DNA of 64,000 nucleotides from Melioribacteraceae bacterium (lineage in GTDB: Bacteria; Bacteroidota; Ignavibacteria; Ignavibacteriales; Melioribacteraceae). The notes beneath the pieces were generated by a model, which did no database searches, was not told the DNA's origin, and saw only the letters and a list, made by a program, of their open reading frames with translations. The position numbers and the translations under genes were made by a program. Numbering within the stretch: position 1 is the stretch's first letter; each line of letters starts with the position of its first letter. Where the stretch lies: assembly GCA_041658245.1 (NCBI GenBank), contig JBBAAM010000007.1:4089-68088 (forward strand). The letters run 5' to 3'. Shown here one piece after another: positions 34,790 to 44,829 of the stretch.

Positions 34790-35302
34790 TTACAAATTGA
34801 ATAACTCGGAAACTTTTAATCCGCGTTTACGAGCCATTGCTCTAGCATCAACAAGATTGAGCAAAGCATTCAAAGTTGCTTTTACTTGATTGTGCGGATT
34901 ACTTGAACCGAGAGATTTTGTCAAAATATCTTGCACGCCTGCAGCTTCAAGAACAGCACGAACACCGCCGCCTGCTATTAATCCTGTACCGGGAGTAGCT
35001 GGTTTTAACAAAACTGAACCGGCTCCAAACTTGCCAATAATAGTATGAGGAATTGTTCCTTTTAATAGATGAACACGGTAAACATTTTTCTTTGCATCAT
35101 CTACGCCTTTTGAAATAGCATCGGTAACTTCGTTTGCTTTACCAAGACCAACGCCAACATGACCGTTTCCGTCTCCAACAACAACAATTGCATTAAAGCT
35201 GAATCTTCTACCACCTTTAACAACTTTTGCAACTCTGTTAATGTGAACAATTTTTTCTTTTAAATTCTCAAGACCGGATACTTTTTTGTACTTGAAATTC
35301 AA
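34790..35302 (-). CDS. rpsE: 30S ribosomal protein S5
   Basis: [43 protein letters not shown] Shine-Dalgarno upstream. Confidence 0.95.
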   Translation of the reverse strand: MNFKYKKVSGLENLKEKIVHINRVAKVVKGGRRFSFNAIVVVGDGNGHVGVGLGKANEVTDAISKGVDDAKKNVYRVHLLKGTIPHTIIGKFGAGSVLLKPATPGTGLIAGGGVRAVLEAAGVQDILTKSLGSSNPHNQVKATLNALLNLVDARAMARKRGLKVSELFNL

Positions 35303-35360
35303 TTTTAACTCCCTTGTTTACAGACTTTGTTAATCAACTTTTTTATTGAACCGTCTAACC

Positions 35361-35434
35361 TGGCTGCCGGGAGAGGAGTCGAACCTCTACAGACGCCTCC
35401 AAAGGGCGTTGTCCTGCCATTAGACGACCCGGCA
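35361..35434 (-). tRNA. tRNA-Gln (anticodon UUG), CCA encoded, inside the spc operon
   Basis: TGCCGGG-TC-GTCT-AATGGCA-GGAC-A-ACGCC-CTTTGGA-GGCGT-CTGT-AGAGG-TTCGACT-CCTCT-CCCGGCA-G-CCA. 7/4/5/5-bp stems; U8, A14, GG, U33 and TTCGA present; U1:A72 and G73 as in bacterial tRNA-Gln. Confidence 0.9.
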
Positions 35435-35438
35435 GTTT

Positions 35439-35804
35439 CTATAATTTTAATCCGCCTTCGCGGGCTCCCTCGGCAACAGCTTGAATTCTGCCGTGGTACT
35501 CATAACCGCTTCTGTCAAATACAACAGTGGTAATACCTTTTTCCAATGCTTTCTTTGCTATTAATTTTCCGACCATTTTACTTTTCGAAACTTTTCCTTT
35601 TAAACTTTTTACTTCTTCAACAATTTCTTTAGAAAGTGAAGAAGCTGCAACTAACGTTACACCTTTTACATCATCAACCAACTGAGCATGCATGTTGTTC
35701 AAACTTCTAAACACAGTTAAACGCGGACGATCTGCAGTCCCGGAAAGTTTTTTACGAACTCTAACTTTTTTTCTTGTTCTTCTTTTATTGTCTTTCAAAA
35801 ACAT
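35439..35804 (-). CDS. rplR: 50S ribosomal protein L18
   Basis: RKKVRVRKKLSGTADRPRLTVFRSLNNMHAQLVDD...YHGRIQAVAEGAREGGLKL. The TAG stop lies 4 nt before the tRNA-Gln 5' end. Confidence 0.95.
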   Translation of the reverse strand: MFLKDNKRRTRKKVRVRKKLSGTADRPRLTVFRSLNNMHAQLVDDVKGVTLVAASSLSKEIVEEVKSLKGKVSKSKMVGKLIAKKALEKGITTVVFDRSGYEYHGRIQAVAEGAREGGLKL

Positions 35805-35820
35805 TTTTCAAATTCTCCTA

Positions 35821-36357
35821 TTACTTACCTGCAGTTTTGCCAGCTTTGCGGACAATAACTTCTCCGGTATACTTAATACCTTTACCTTTGTAAGGTTCAG
35901 GTTTCTTGAATGATCTAATTTTAGCTGCAATTAATCCCACTAACTCTTTATCGCTTCCGAATATTTTTATTTGTGTAGGAAGAGGAATTTCAAATTTAAT
36001 TCCTGGTGGAGGCATAAGAAGAATCGGGTGAGAATAACCCAAATTAAATAATGCTGATTCTCCTTTTGCTTCAACTTTATAACCTACGCCAACTATTTCT
36101 AGAGATTTAGAATATCCTTCGGTAACACCTTTAACCATATTTGCAATAAGTGCACGTGTTAAACCGTGAAGCGCTCTATTTTGTTTTTGATCATCCGGTC
36201 TTGTAACAATAATTTCATCCTTTTGAATATCAACTATCATATTAGGATGAATTTTCATTTGAAGTTCGCCGAGTTTACCTTTTACTTTCAAGATACCGTC
36301 GGTCTTCGTTACAGTTACACCTTGGATCGGTACTGGTTTTTTACCTATACGTGACAA
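35821..36357 (-). CDS. rplF: 50S ribosomal protein L6
   Basis: MSRIGKKPVPIQGVTV...KGKGIKYTGE. Confidence 0.95.
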   Translation of the reverse strand: MSRIGKKPVPIQGVTVTKTDGILKVKGKLGELQMKIHPNMIVDIQKDEIIVTRPDDQKQNRALHGLTRALIANMVKGVTEGYSKSLEIVGVGYKVEAKGESALFNLGYSHPILLMPPPGIKFEIPLPTQIKIFGSDKELVGLIAAKIRSFKKPEPYKGKGIKYTGEVIVRKAGKTAGK

Positions 36358-36380
36358 TTTCTATTCCTTGATTAAAATTT

Positions 36381-36776
36381 TTACCAAACGTGGCAGACTA
36401 CTTCTCCGCCAACAGCTTCTTTTTTTGCTTGTTTATTTGTTAATAAACCTTTTGGTGTTGAAAGAACCGCCATTCCAAGTCCGTTTAATACTCGCGGAAG
36501 TTCATCTTTACCAACATAACTTTTCAGTCCCGGTTTAGAAATCCTTTTAATTCCGGTTATTGATGGAGTGCCGTTAATATATTGAAGATGTACTCTAAGA
36601 ATATTCTGTTTATTATCTTCAACTACGTTATAGTCTCTAATAAATTTATTGTTCTTTAAAATCTCTGCTAAGCTAATCTTCATTTTTGAAGAAGGAATAT
36701 CTACAAATTTCTTTTTAGCTTTAACAGCATTTCTAATTCTTGTCAAAAAATCCGCAATCGGATCGGTAGTATTCAT
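36381..36776 (-). CDS. rpsH: 30S ribosomal protein S8
   Basis: [13 protein letters not shown]...GGEVVCHVW. Confidence 0.95.
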   Translation of the reverse strand: MNTTDPIADFLTRIRNAVKAKKKFVDIPSSKMKISLAEILKNNKFIRDYNVVEDNKQNILRVHLQYINGTPSITGIKRISKPGLKSYVGKDELPRVLNGLGMAVLSTPKGLLTNKQAKKEAVGGEVVCHVW

Positions 36777-36793
36777 TTACATTTCTCCTTCGA

Positions 36794-37063
36794 TTACCAA
36801 CTTGCTTTTTTTAAACCGGGAATTTCACCTCGCAAAGCCATTTCGCGAAGCACTAAACGAGAAATACCAAATTTTCTATAATATGCTCTTGGTCTTCCGG
36901 TCATTTTACATCTATTATGTAAACGGGTGGGTGAAGAATTTCTTGGCAGAAGTTGTAATCCTTCATAGTCACCCTTTTCTTTTAATTCTTTTCTCTTCTG
37001 TGCATACTTTTCGTAAAGTTTTCTTCTTTTATCTTCACGAGCTAATAAACCTATTCTTGCCAT
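36794..37063 (-). CDS. rpsN: 30S ribosomal protein S14 (long, non-zinc form)
   Basis: [39 protein letters not shown]. Confidence 0.95.
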   Translation of the reverse strand: MARIGLLAREDKRRKLYEKYAQKRKELKEKGDYEGLQLLPRNSSPTRLHNRCKMTGRPRAYYRKFGISRLVLREMALRGEIPGLKKASW

Positions 37064-37072
37064 GATTTACCC

Positions 37073-37726
37073 TTAATTAATTTCCTTTTTTCTAAATGGT
37101 AATCCAAAAGCTGTTAAAAGTTCGAATGCTTCTTTATCAGTTTTTGCAGTTGTTACAAACGTTATATCCATCCCTAAGATTTTTGTTACTTTATCGGGAT
37201 TTATTTCCGGGAAAATAATTTGTTCTTTAATTCCCATTGTATAATTACCGCGTCCGTCAAATGATTTATCAGGTACACCGCGGAAATCGCGAACTCGAGG
37301 TAAAGCAAGAGAAACGAAACGATCTAAAAATTCATACATCATTTCTCTACGTAAAGTTACCTTTGCACCAATTTTCATTCCTTCGCGCAACTTGAAATTG
37401 GATATTGATTTTTTAGAAATCCGTACGGATGCTTTTTGTCCGGTTATAGTTTCAAGATCTTTAACTGCTTCATCTAATATTTTAGGATCTTGAACAGCCT
37501 GACCAACACCCATATTAACAACTATTCTATCTAATCGAGGAACCTCCATAATACTTTTGTAGCTGAATTGCTCTCTAAGTTTTGGAATTATCTCTTTAGA
37601 ATATTTTTCTTTTAACCGAGCAGGAATTTTAGGTCCAGCAACTTTAGGTTCAGCAGGTTTTTTAACTTCTGCTTCTTTACCTTTTTTTTCTTTCTGCTCT
37701 TTTTTCACTTTTTGTTCTTTTGCCAT
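37073..37726 (-). CDS. rplE: 50S ribosomal protein L5 with Lys-rich N-terminal extension
   Basis: The L5 core begins near PARLKEKY...[14 protein letters not shown]. About 35 extra K/E-rich residues precede it. Confidence 0.95.
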   Translation of the reverse strand: MAKEQKVKKEQKEKKGKEAEVKKPAEPKVAGPKIPARLKEKYSKEIIPKLREQFSYKSIMEVPRLDRIVVNMGVGQAVQDPKILDEAVKDLETITGQKASVRISKKSISNFKLREGMKIGAKVTLRREMMYEFLDRFVSLALPRVRDFRGVPDKSFDGRGNYTMGIKEQIIFPEINPDKVTKILGMDITFVTTAKTDKEAFELLTAFGLPFRKKEIN

Positions 37727-37750
37727 TGCGATTATACGTCCTTAAAATTG

Positions 37751-38077
37751 TTAACCAAGCATTTCGCCGCTTGATCTGCTGACTCTTGCACTTTTCTTTT
37801 TACCGGTTTTTTCATCTATAATTAATTTAGAACCGATTCTTGTTTTTTCATTTGTTTTAGGATCAAGAATCATAACATTAGAAACATTAACTGGAGCTTC
37901 TTTTTCTGTAATTCCACCTTGAGGATTTTTCTGAGTCGGTTTTGTATGACGTTTACGTAAATTAACACCTTCAACAATAACTCTATTAATCTGAGGAAAT
38001 ACTTTTAAAACTTTTCCGGTTTTACCTCTGTTATTTCCGGCTATTACAATTACATTATCGTTTTTTCTGATCTTCAT
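37751..38077 (-). CDS. rplX: 50S ribosomal protein L24
   Basis: [26 protein letters not shown] (KOW motif). Confidence 0.95.
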   Translation of the reverse strand: MKIRKNDNVIVIAGNNRGKTGKVLKVFPQINRVIVEGVNLRKRHTKPTQKNPQGGITEKEAPVNVSNVMILDPKTNEKTRIGSKLIIDEKTGKKKSARVSRSSGEMLG

Positions 38078-38086
38078 TTTCTATCC

Positions 38087-38455
38087 TTATAAAACTTCTG
38101 GTGCTAGAGAAATTATCTTCATAAATTTTTTATCTCTTAGTTCTCTTGCAACCGGGCCAAAGATACGTGTTCCTTTCGGTTCGCCTTGAGGATTTAAAAG
38201 TACTGCTGCATTTTCATCAAAGCGTATATATGAACCATCTTTTCTTCTAACTTCTTTTTTAGTCCTAACAACAACGGCACGTGATACTTCCCCTTTTTTA
38301 ACGCCGCCACCGGGAATAGCGGATCTAACACTGACAACAATAACATCACCAACACTAGCATAACGACGGTTACTTCCGCCAAGTACTCTAATGCATCTGA
38401 CTTTCTTGGCTCCGGAATTATCCGCCACTACTAAATTTGTTTCTTCTTGTACCAT
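38087..38455 (-). CDS. rplN: 50S ribosomal protein L14
   Basis: [27 protein letters not shown]... Confidence 0.95.
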   Translation of the reverse strand: MVQEETNLVVADNSGAKKVRCIRVLGGSNRRYASVGDVIVVSVRSAIPGGGVKKGEVSRAVVVRTKKEVRRKDGSYIRFDENAAVLLNPQGEPKGTRIFGPVARELRDKKFMKIISLAPEVL

Positions 38456-38482
38456 GATCTATCAGCTCCTCATCAAACTTTT

Positions 38483-38740
38483 TTACTTGGCTTTTTCAAC
38501 AACTTCAACCAAGCGCCATTTTTTTCTTTTACTCAAAGGACGAGTTTCCATAATCTTAACAACATCTCCGATTGTGCATTCATTTTTCTCATCGTGTGCC
38601 ATCAATTTTGTGGTCTTCTTAAAATATTTTTTGTAAAGCGGATGAGCAATGCGTCTCTCAATTGCTACAATAATACTTTTCTGCATCTTATTGCTAACAA
38701 CAGTACCGATCCTTGTCTTTCTTATACTTCTTTTCTCCAT
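38483..38740 (-). CDS. rpsQ: 30S ribosomal protein S17
   Basis: [28 protein letters not shown]...[14 protein letters not shown]. Confidence 0.95.
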   Translation of the reverse strand: MEKRSIRKTRIGTVVSNKMQKSIIVAIERRIAHPLYKKYFKKTTKLMAHDEKNECTIGDVVKIMETRPLSKRKKWRLVEVVEKAK

Positions 38741-38757
38741 AGGAACTCGAATACTCC

Positions 38758-38976
38758 TTATTTATTTGCCTTTGAGTTTTTTGTTTCCTGCATCTCTCGT
38801 TCTATTAGAATAGTTTTCATCTTTGCAATATCTTTTCTAACAAGACGCAGTTTTGCTGTGTTAGTTAATTGTTTTAATTCCTGTTGAAATTTCAAATCCA
38901 CTAGATTTTTTTGATCTTCAAGAATTCTTTTCTTGATCTCATCAGTAGACATTTCTCTTATTTCAAAAATCTTCAT
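38758..38976 (-). CDS. rpmC: 50S ribosomal protein L29
   Basis: [27 protein letters not shown]... Synteny between rplP and rpsQ. Confidence 0.9.
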   Translation of the reverse strand: MKIFEIREMSTDEIKKRILEDQKNLVDLKFQQELKQLTNTAKLRLVRKDIAKMKTILIEREMQETKNSKANK

Positions 38977-38992
38977 TTTCTCTTAAATCCTT

Positions 38993-39412
38993 TTATGATT
39001 CTAAGTCCGGACGTTGAGTAACTTTTGTTTTGATCGGTAGTTTATGAGATGCAAGGTTTAAAGCTTCAATTGCCGTTTTCTTATCAACACCGCCAATCTC
39101 AAACATAATTCTACCGGGTTTTACAACAGCAACCCAAAATTCCGGTGGACCTTTTCCTTTACCCATTCTTGTTTCAAGAGGTTTCTTAGTAACTGGTTTA
39201 TCCGGAAAAATTCTAATCCACATTTTTCCATCTCTTTTCATATGACGTGATAAAGCAACACGGCAAGCTTCGATCTGACGGCTGGTAATCCAAGCCGGTT
39301 CCAATGCTTTCAATCCGTAATCACCAAAGTTTACAAGGTGGCCGCGTGTAGCTTTTCCGGCTCTTCTACCTCTATGTGCTTTACGAAACTTTACTCTTTT
39401 GGGCATTAACAT
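38993..39412 (-). CDS. rplP: 50S ribosomal protein L16
   Basis: [16 protein letters not shown]...RMGKGKG. Confidence 0.95.
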   Translation of the reverse strand: MLMPKRVKFRKAHRGRRAGKATRGHLVNFGDYGLKALEPAWITSRQIEACRVALSRHMKRDGKMWIRIFPDKPVTKKPLETRMGKGKGPPEFWVAVVKPGRIMFEIGGVDKKTAIEALNLASHKLPIKTKVTQRPDLES

Positions 39413-39431
39413 TAGAAAAACTCCTCAAACC

Positions 39432-39447
39432 TGCCTGCCGGCAGGCA
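39432..39447. other. GC-rich 16-bp perfect palindrome in the rpsC-rplP spacer
   Basis: TGCCTGCCGGCAGGCA folds as a 6-bp stem (TGCCTG/CAGGCA) with a CCGG loop, inside a 41-nt intercistronic spacer in an otherwise AT-rich region. Confidence 0.6.
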
Positions 39448-39453
39448 AGCTCT

Positions 39454-40095
39454 TTATTCGGATGAACGTTTACCTAAAATTTCTCCGCGGCAAATCCAAA
39501 CTTTAACACCAATTGAACCATAAATTGTATGCGCGGTTGCCGTTGCGTAATCTATATCTGCTCTAATTGTGTGCAACGGAATTCTACCTTCTTTATATTG
39601 TTCAGTACGGGCCATTTCAGAACCGGCTAATCTTCCTGCGCACATAATTCTTATACCTTCGGCACCCATTCTCATAGCAGATGTAATTGATTGCTTCATG
39701 GCTCTTCTAAATGAAACTCTTCCTTCGATCTGACGTGAAATATTTTCTGCAACTAATGCTGCATCAAGTTCAGGTCTTTTAATTTCTGTAATTTGAATCT
39801 TAACTTCTTTCTCTGTTAATTTTCTTAATTCTTCTTCGATCTGTGCAATTTCTTTTCCACTCTTGCCTATCACTACACCGGGTCTTGATGTATGAATAGT
39901 CAAGATTATATTCTTGGAAGTTCTATCAATTATAATAGATGAGATACCTGCATTCTGTAATCTTTTTCTAACGTAGGTTCTAAGCTTTTTATCTTCAACA
40001 AGTTTTGTAGCATAACTTTTATTTTCGTACCAATTCGAATCCCACCCTCTAATGATACCTACTCTAAAACCAATTGGATTAACCTTTTGACCCAA
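39454..40095 (-). CDS. rpsC: 30S ribosomal protein S3
   Basis: [14 protein letters not shown]...KH domain...[10 protein letters not shown]. Confidence 0.95.
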   Translation of the reverse strand: MGQKVNPIGFRVGIIRGWDSNWYENKSYATKLVEDKKLRTYVRKRLQNAGISSIIIDRTSKNIILTIHTSRPGVVIGKSGKEIAQIEEELRKLTEKEVKIQITEIKRPELDAALVAENISRQIEGRVSFRRAMKQSITSAMRMGAEGIRIMCAGRLAGSEMARTEQYKEGRIPLHTIRADIDYATATAHTIYGSIGVKVWICRGEILGKRSSE

Positions 40096-40110
40096 AACTT
40101 CCTCCTCAGA

Positions 40111-40455
40111 TTACTTTTTTGTAGCAACTACAATTGTTACGTGATTAGATCGTTTTCTTATTCTATATGCTCTCCCCATTGGTGCGGGAGAAATTCTTTT
40201 TAGTGTTGGTCCTACATTTACAAAAGCTTCTTTAACAAATAGATCAGAGACTTCATGCTTAGTATTATCATCTTTGTTCATCAAATTAGAAACAGCGGAA
40301 CGTAAAACTTTTTCTGCATCCTTTGAAGAATGTTTTGGTGAAAAGTGAAGTATCTCAATTGCTTGATCTACAGATTTACCTCTAATTATATCAACCACCA
40401 ATCTCATCTTACGGGGAGACGTTCCAATATATTTATGAATTGATTTTGCTTCCAT
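40111..40455 (-). CDS. rplV: 50S ribosomal protein L22
   Basis: MEAKSIHKYIGTSPRKMRLVVDIIRGKSV... The start is set at an internal ATG, 14 nt after the rpsS stop; the tracked N-terminal extension overlaps rpsS. Confidence 0.9.
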   Translation of the reverse strand: MEAKSIHKYIGTSPRKMRLVVDIIRGKSVDQAIEILHFSPKHSSKDAEKVLRSAVSNLMNKDDNTKHEVSDLFVKEAFVNVGPTLKRISPAPMGRAYRIRKRSNHVTIVVATKK

Positions 40456-40468
40456 TATTCTATCCCTA

Positions 40469-40759
40469 TTAAGCTTTAACTTTAGATGCTTTTTCTGCTT
40501 TGGTACCCGGATGACCTCTGAAAATTCTTGTCGGTGAAAATTCCCCGAGCTTATGGCCAACCATATTTTCAGAAATGTAAACAGGAATCATTTTATTACC
40601 GTTATGTACGGCAATTGTATGTCCCACAAAATCCGGTGTAATAGTACTTGTACGCGACCAGGTTTTGATTATTTTTTTCTGATTAGTTTCGTTGAGCTTT
40701 TTTACTTTTGCCATCAACTTGATGTCGATGTATGGACCTTTTTTTACTGACCTTGGCAT
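40469..40759 (-). CDS. rpsS: 30S ribosomal protein S19
   Basis: [12 protein letters not shown]...[24 protein letters not shown]. Confidence 0.95.
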   Translation of the reverse strand: MPRSVKKGPYIDIKLMAKVKKLNETNQKKIIKTWSRTSTITPDFVGHTIAVHNGNKMIPVYISENMVGHKLGEFSPTRIFRGHPGTKAEKASKVKA

Positions 40760-40772
40760 ATTTTATTCTAAC

Positions 40773-41597
40773 CTATTTTCTTCTTTTAACAATGTATTTG
40801 TTAGTTCTATTTTTTTTCTTTCTTGTTTTTAATCCTTTTGCTTTCTGTCCCCAAGGTGAAACCGGATGCCCGCCGCCAGATGTTTTACCTTCGCCGCCGC
40901 CCATCGGGTGATCAACCGGATTCATTGCAACACCACGAGTATGTGGACGAATACCTAACCATCTGCTTCTTCCTGCTTTACCAAGACTTATATTTTCATG
41001 ATCAATATTTCCAACAACACCGTAAGTAGCCATACACTCAACACTAATCATTCTTACTTCGCCGGAAGGCATTTTTAATTGAGCAAACTTTCCTTCTCGT
41101 GCCATTAATTGAAGAGATGCACCGGCTGACCTTCCAAGCTGTCCGCCTTTACCGGGTTTCATTTCAACATTATGAATAAAACTTGCAAGCGGAATTTCTT
41201 TTAATGGTAATGCGTTACCAACTTTTATTTCTGAACCGCTACCTGAAACAACAGCATCACCAACTTTCAAACCGTCTGGAGCGATAATATATCTTTTTTC
41301 TCCATCTGCATAATTAAGAAGAGCTATTCTTGAAGTTCTATTAGGATCATATTCAATTGAAAAAACTTTTGCCGGAATTCCACTCTTATCACGTTTAAAA
41401 TCAATTATTCTATAACGTCTCTTATGACCACCGCCGCGATGACGTGATGTAACTCTACCAAGATTATTTCTTCCACCGGATTTTTTTATTACGCCGGTCA
41501 AAGATTTTTCCGGAGTAGATTTCGTAATCTCTTCAAAAGAAGAGATACTCATAAATCTTGTTCCAGGAGTATTTGGTTTTAATTTTCTAATTGCCAT
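40773..41597 (-). CDS. rplB: 50S ribosomal protein L2
   Basis: [15 protein letters not shown]...GGGHKRRYR...[15 protein letters not shown]. Confidence 0.95.
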   Translation of the reverse strand: MAIRKLKPNTPGTRFMSISSFEEITKSTPEKSLTGVIKKSGGRNNLGRVTSRHRGGGHKRRYRIIDFKRDKSGIPAKVFSIEYDPNRTSRIALLNYADGEKRYIIAPDGLKVGDAVVSGSGSEIKVGNALPLKEIPLASFIHNVEMKPGKGGQLGRSAGASLQLMAREGKFAQLKMPSGEVRMISVECMATYGVVGNIDHENISLGKAGRSRWLGIRPHTRGVAMNPVDHPMGGGEGKTSGGGHPVSPWGQKAKGLKTRKKKNRTNKYIVKRRK

Positions 41598-41623
41598 TTA
41601 ATTTAAGCTCCGATTCGGTAATA

Positions 41624-41920
41624 CTATGCATGACCAAAAATATCTATTGTTTGACCTTCTTTTAAGGTAATAACTGCTTTTTTGAATTTTGCTGTTCTTC
41701 CAGAAAATCTACCTTTTTTAGTAAACTGGGTTTTCATTTTCCCTTTATATCGAATTGTATTGACGGAAGTAACATCAACATTAAATTTTTCTTTGAGGGC
41801 TTTTGCGATTTGAATTTTATTAGCATCTACTGCAACAATAAATCCAAATTTATTAGAATATTTTTCGCTGATACCACTCATCTTTTCAGTAATTAAAGGG
41901 CGTATTAAAACACTTTTCAT
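41624..41920 (-). CDS. rplW: 50S ribosomal protein L23
   Basis: IRPLITEKMS...FIVAVDANKIQIAKA. Synteny. Confidence 0.9.
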   Translation of the reverse strand: MKSVLIRPLITEKMSGISEKYSNKFGFIVAVDANKIQIAKALKEKFNVDVTSVNTIRYKGKMKTQFTKKGRFSGRTAKFKKAVITLKEGQTIDIFGHA

Positions 41921-41933
41921 TTTTTAAACCAGT

Positions 41934-42560
41934 TTAATTAATTGAGCTTTCTAAAAGATTAACTGCACTTTTTTGTAAAACTAAAACTTGATTATTCAAC
42001 AGATCATATGCTGAAGCTTTGTTTGCTTCAAGAATATTTATCCTAGGAACATTTCGTCCTGATTTATATACATTTTCCAGCGTACCGTTTGTAAGTAGTA
42101 AAGTCCTTTTACCTTTTACATTCAAAGCATTCAGAATGGAAATGAATTTTTTTGTCTTTGGCGCTTCAAAATTGAAATCTTCAACAATAAGAATTTGATT
42201 AGCTTTCGCTTTGTATGATAATGCTGATCTTCTTGCAAGAGCTAAAACTTTCTTATTGAGTTTCTGTCTGTAATCTCTCGGTTTAGGACCAAATATTGAT
42301 CCGCCGCCAATCCAAAGAGGAGAGCGTATTGTACCTGCACGAGCTCCGCCACGACCTTTTTGTTTCCAAGGTTTTTTACCGCCGCCGCTAACTTCACTTC
42401 TTTCTTTTGCTTTGTGAGTTCCTTGACGTTGATTTGCAAGGTAAGCTTTGACAGCTAAGTAAATCACATGATCGTTCGGTTCGATTTCGAAAATCTCTTT
42501 TGAGAGTTCAACAGTCTCACCAGATTTTGTACCGTCTTTTTTATAAACTTCTAATTTCAT
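41934..42560 (-). CDS. rplD: 50S ribosomal protein L4
   Basis: SGGGKKPWKQKGRGGARAGTIRSPLWIGGG. The start is set at the ATG (MKLEVY...) rather than the upstream TTG. Confidence 0.9.
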   Translation of the reverse strand: MKLEVYKKDGTKSGETVELSKEIFEIEPNDHVIYLAVKAYLANQRQGTHKAKERSEVSGGGKKPWKQKGRGGARAGTIRSPLWIGGGSIFGPKPRDYRQKLNKKVLALARRSALSYKAKANQILIVEDFNFEAPKTKKFISILNALNVKGKRTLLLTNGTLENVYKSGRNVPRINILEANKASAYDLLNNQVLVLQKSAVNLLESSIN

Positions 42561-42572
42561 TTTATTCAATAA

Positions 42573-43193
42573 TTATTTATTGATAGCAACAATTGAATTA
42601 ATAGAGCCGGGAACTGCTCCTTTTACCATAACAATATTTTTATCGGCAATTACTTTTACAACTTTAAGATTGGAAATAGTTGTATTCTCAAAACCCATTC
42701 TTCCGGCCATACGTTGACCTTTAAAAACTCTTGATGGATAAGAACTTGAGCCAATAGATCCGGGAGCTCTTAATCTATCGCTTTGGCCGTGTGTAGTACC
42801 TCCGACACCGCCGAAGTTATGTCTTCTCATTACACCTTGGAAACCTTTACCTTTATTCTTACCGGAAACTTTAACTTTATCACCGATTTGAAAAATATCT
42901 ACTTTAACTTCATCACCAATTTTAAATTGTGAAGATTCAAAGTTTCTAAACTCTTTTAGAGTTTGTGGAATTTTCAATCCGTGTTTTTTATAATAATCGA
43001 GCTGAGGTTTACTTGTTCTCTTTTCTTTCTTTTCGCCGAAACCAAGTTGAACAGCTTCGTAGCCATCCTTTTCTTTTGAACGCACAGCATAAACATTACA
43101 CGGACCGGCTTCCAAGATAGTTACGGGAATAATTTGACCGTTTTCCGAGAATATATTTGTCATTCCTAATTTTTTTGCTAGCAAGCCAGGCAT
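42573..43193 (-). CDS. rplC: 50S ribosomal protein L3
   Basis: MPGLLAKKLGMTNIF...GKGFQGVMRRHNFGG. Confidence 0.95.
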   Translation of the reverse strand: MPGLLAKKLGMTNIFSENGQIIPVTILEAGPCNVYAVRSKEKDGYEAVQLGFGEKKEKRTSKPQLDYYKKHGLKIPQTLKEFRNFESSQFKIGDEVKVDIFQIGDKVKVSGKNKGKGFQGVMRRHNFGGVGGTTHGQSDRLRAPGSIGSSSYPSRVFKGQRMAGRMGFENTTISNLKVVKVIADKNIVMVKGAVPGSINSIVAINK

Positions 43194-43204
43194 TTCTATG
43201 ATTC

Positions 43205-43513
43205 CTATAACTTAATCTCTATATCAACGCCGGCAGGAATATCTAACTTGCTCAATGCGTCAACTGTTTTGTTGTTTGAGTTATGAATATCTATAATTCT
43301 TTTATGAGCCCTGATCTCAAATTGCTCACGTGATTTTTTATCAACATGCGGAGATCTTAAAACTGTAAAAACTGTTCTGCGTGTTGGCAGCGGAATCGGA
43401 CCGGATACAATAGCGCCGGTACTTTTTACAGTCTTGATAATCTTTTCAGTTGATTTATCAATAAGAATATGATCGTAAGACTTCAACTTGATTCTAATTT
43501 TCTGACCAGGCAC
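43205..43513 (-). CDS. rpsJ: 30S ribosomal protein S10
   Basis: [17 protein letters not shown]...[29 protein letters not shown] start. Confidence 0.95.
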   Translation of the reverse strand: MPGQKIRIKLKSYDHILIDKSTEKIIKTVKSTGAIVSGPIPLPTRRTVFTVLRSPHVDKKSREQFEIRAHKRIIDIHNSNNKTVDALSKLDIPAGVDIEIKL

Positions 43514-43541
43514 TTTTTCTAATCTCCTTGTTCAACATAAT

Positions 43542-43559
43542 GCCCCGTATTAGCGGGGC
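43542..43559 (-). terminator. Short GC stem-loop between tuf and rpsJ (attenuator or partial terminator candidate)
   Basis: The minus strand reads GCCCCG-ctaata-CGGGGC, followed by ATTATGTT. It lies 14 nt after the tuf stop. Confidence 0.4.
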
Positions 43560-43572
43560 TCAAATAATTTAT

Positions 43573-44778
43573 TTACTCTACAATCTTTGTTACGAAACCT
43601 GCACCAACTGTTCTACCGCCTTCACGAATAGCGAATTTCAATCCTTCTTCCATAGCAATCTCAGAAATCAGATCAATCTTAAGTTGTACGCTATCACCAG
43701 GCATAACCATTTCTGTACCTTCAGGTAATGTTGCAATACCAGTTACGTCAGTTGTTCTGAAATAGAACTGTGGTCTGTAACCATTGAAGAACGGTGTATG
43801 ACGTCCGCCTTCATCTTTTGAAAGAATATAAACTTTACCTTCAAATTTCTTATGCGGAGTAATAGAACCGGTTTTTGCTAAAACCATTCCTCTTTCAATT
43901 TCATCTTTATCAATACCTCGTAAAAGAATACCGGCATTATCACCAGCTATAGCTGCATCAAGTTCTTTACGGAACATTTCGATACCGGTAACAACTGTTT
44001 TCTTATGAACTCCTAAACCGATCAATTCAATTTCTTCTTGAATCTTAACTTGACCTCTTTCAACTCTACCGGTAGCAACAGTACCACGACCAGTAATTGA
44101 AAATACATCTTCAACAGGCATCAAGAATGGTTTTTCAACACTTCTTTCAGGAATAGGAATGTAAGTATCAACAGCATTCATTAATTCCCAAATACAATTA
44201 TATCGCGGATCTGAAGGATCAGCACCAGATGCACCTGCTTCTAATGCATGCAAAGCAGAACCTTTAATAATCGGTATTTCATCACCAGGGAATTCATATT
44301 TGGTTAGAAGTTCTCTTAATTCCATTTCAACTAAGTCAATCAACTCTTGATCATCAACTGCATCAACTTTATTCATGAACACAACGATTTTTGGTACACC
44401 TACCTGACGAGCAAGAAGGATGTGTTCGCGTGTTTGAGGCATAGGACCATCAGTAGCAGCAACAACTAAAATAGCACCGTCCATTTGAGCAGCGCCGGTG
44501 ATCATGTTCTTAACATAATCTGCGTGACCGGGACAGTCTACATGAGCATAGTGCCTGTTTGCAGTTGAATATTCAACGTGAGCAGTAGCGATAGTAATAC
44601 CTCTTTCTCTTTCTTCAGGTGCATTATCAATACTGTCAAATGTTCTTATTTGAGATAAACCTTTTTTAGCCAGTGCCATGGTGATAGCTGCAGTAAGAGT
44701 AGTTTTACCATGGTCGACGTGTCCGATAGTACCAATATTGACGTGAGGTTTACTACGGTCAAATTTTTCTTTTGCCAT
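43573..44778 (-). CDS. tuf: Elongation factor Tu
   Basis: [18 protein letters not shown] and NKVD motifs. 401 aa. Confidence 0.97.
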   Translation of the reverse strand: MAKEKFDRSKPHVNIGTIGHVDHGKTTLTAAITMALAKKGLSQIRTFDSIDNAPEERERGITIATAHVEYSTANRHYAHVDCPGHADYVKNMITGAAQMDGAILVVAATDGPMPQTREHILLARQVGVPKIVVFMNKVDAVDDQELIDLVEMELRELLTKYEFPGDEIPIIKGSALHALEAGASGADPSDPRYNCIWELMNAVDTYIPIPERSVEKPFLMPVEDVFSITGRGTVATGRVERGQVKIQEEIELIGLGVHKKTVVTGIEMFRKELDAAIAGDNAGILLRGIDKDEIERGMVLAKTGSITPHKKFEGKVYILSKDEGGRHTPFFNGYRPQFYFRTTDVTGIATLPEGTEMVMPGDSVQLKIDLISEIAMEEGLKFAIREGGRTVGAGFVTKIVE

Positions 44779-44829
44779 CTTAAATACTCTCCTTAATGTG
44801 TTTTATTTTTTTAATGATTTATTTATTGT

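Noticed and set aside
35327-35533. 68-aa plus-strand ORF spanning the rplR-rpsE spacer
   Set aside because: It runs antisense through the tRNA-Gln gene and the 3' end of rplR. The tRNA cloverleaf explains the sequence far better.
36649-37065. 138-aa plus-strand ORF, plus the similar ORFs at 38447-38887 and 38391-38636
   Set aside because: They are antisense to the highly conserved rpsH/rpsN and rplN/rpsQ/rpmC genes. Long antisense ORFs of this kind are typical in AT-rich coding sequence.
40456-40560. 35-residue N-terminal extension of L22 in the tracked ORF
   Set aside because: It overlaps the 3' end of rpsS in another frame. Conserved L22 starts at MEAKSIHKY (40455).
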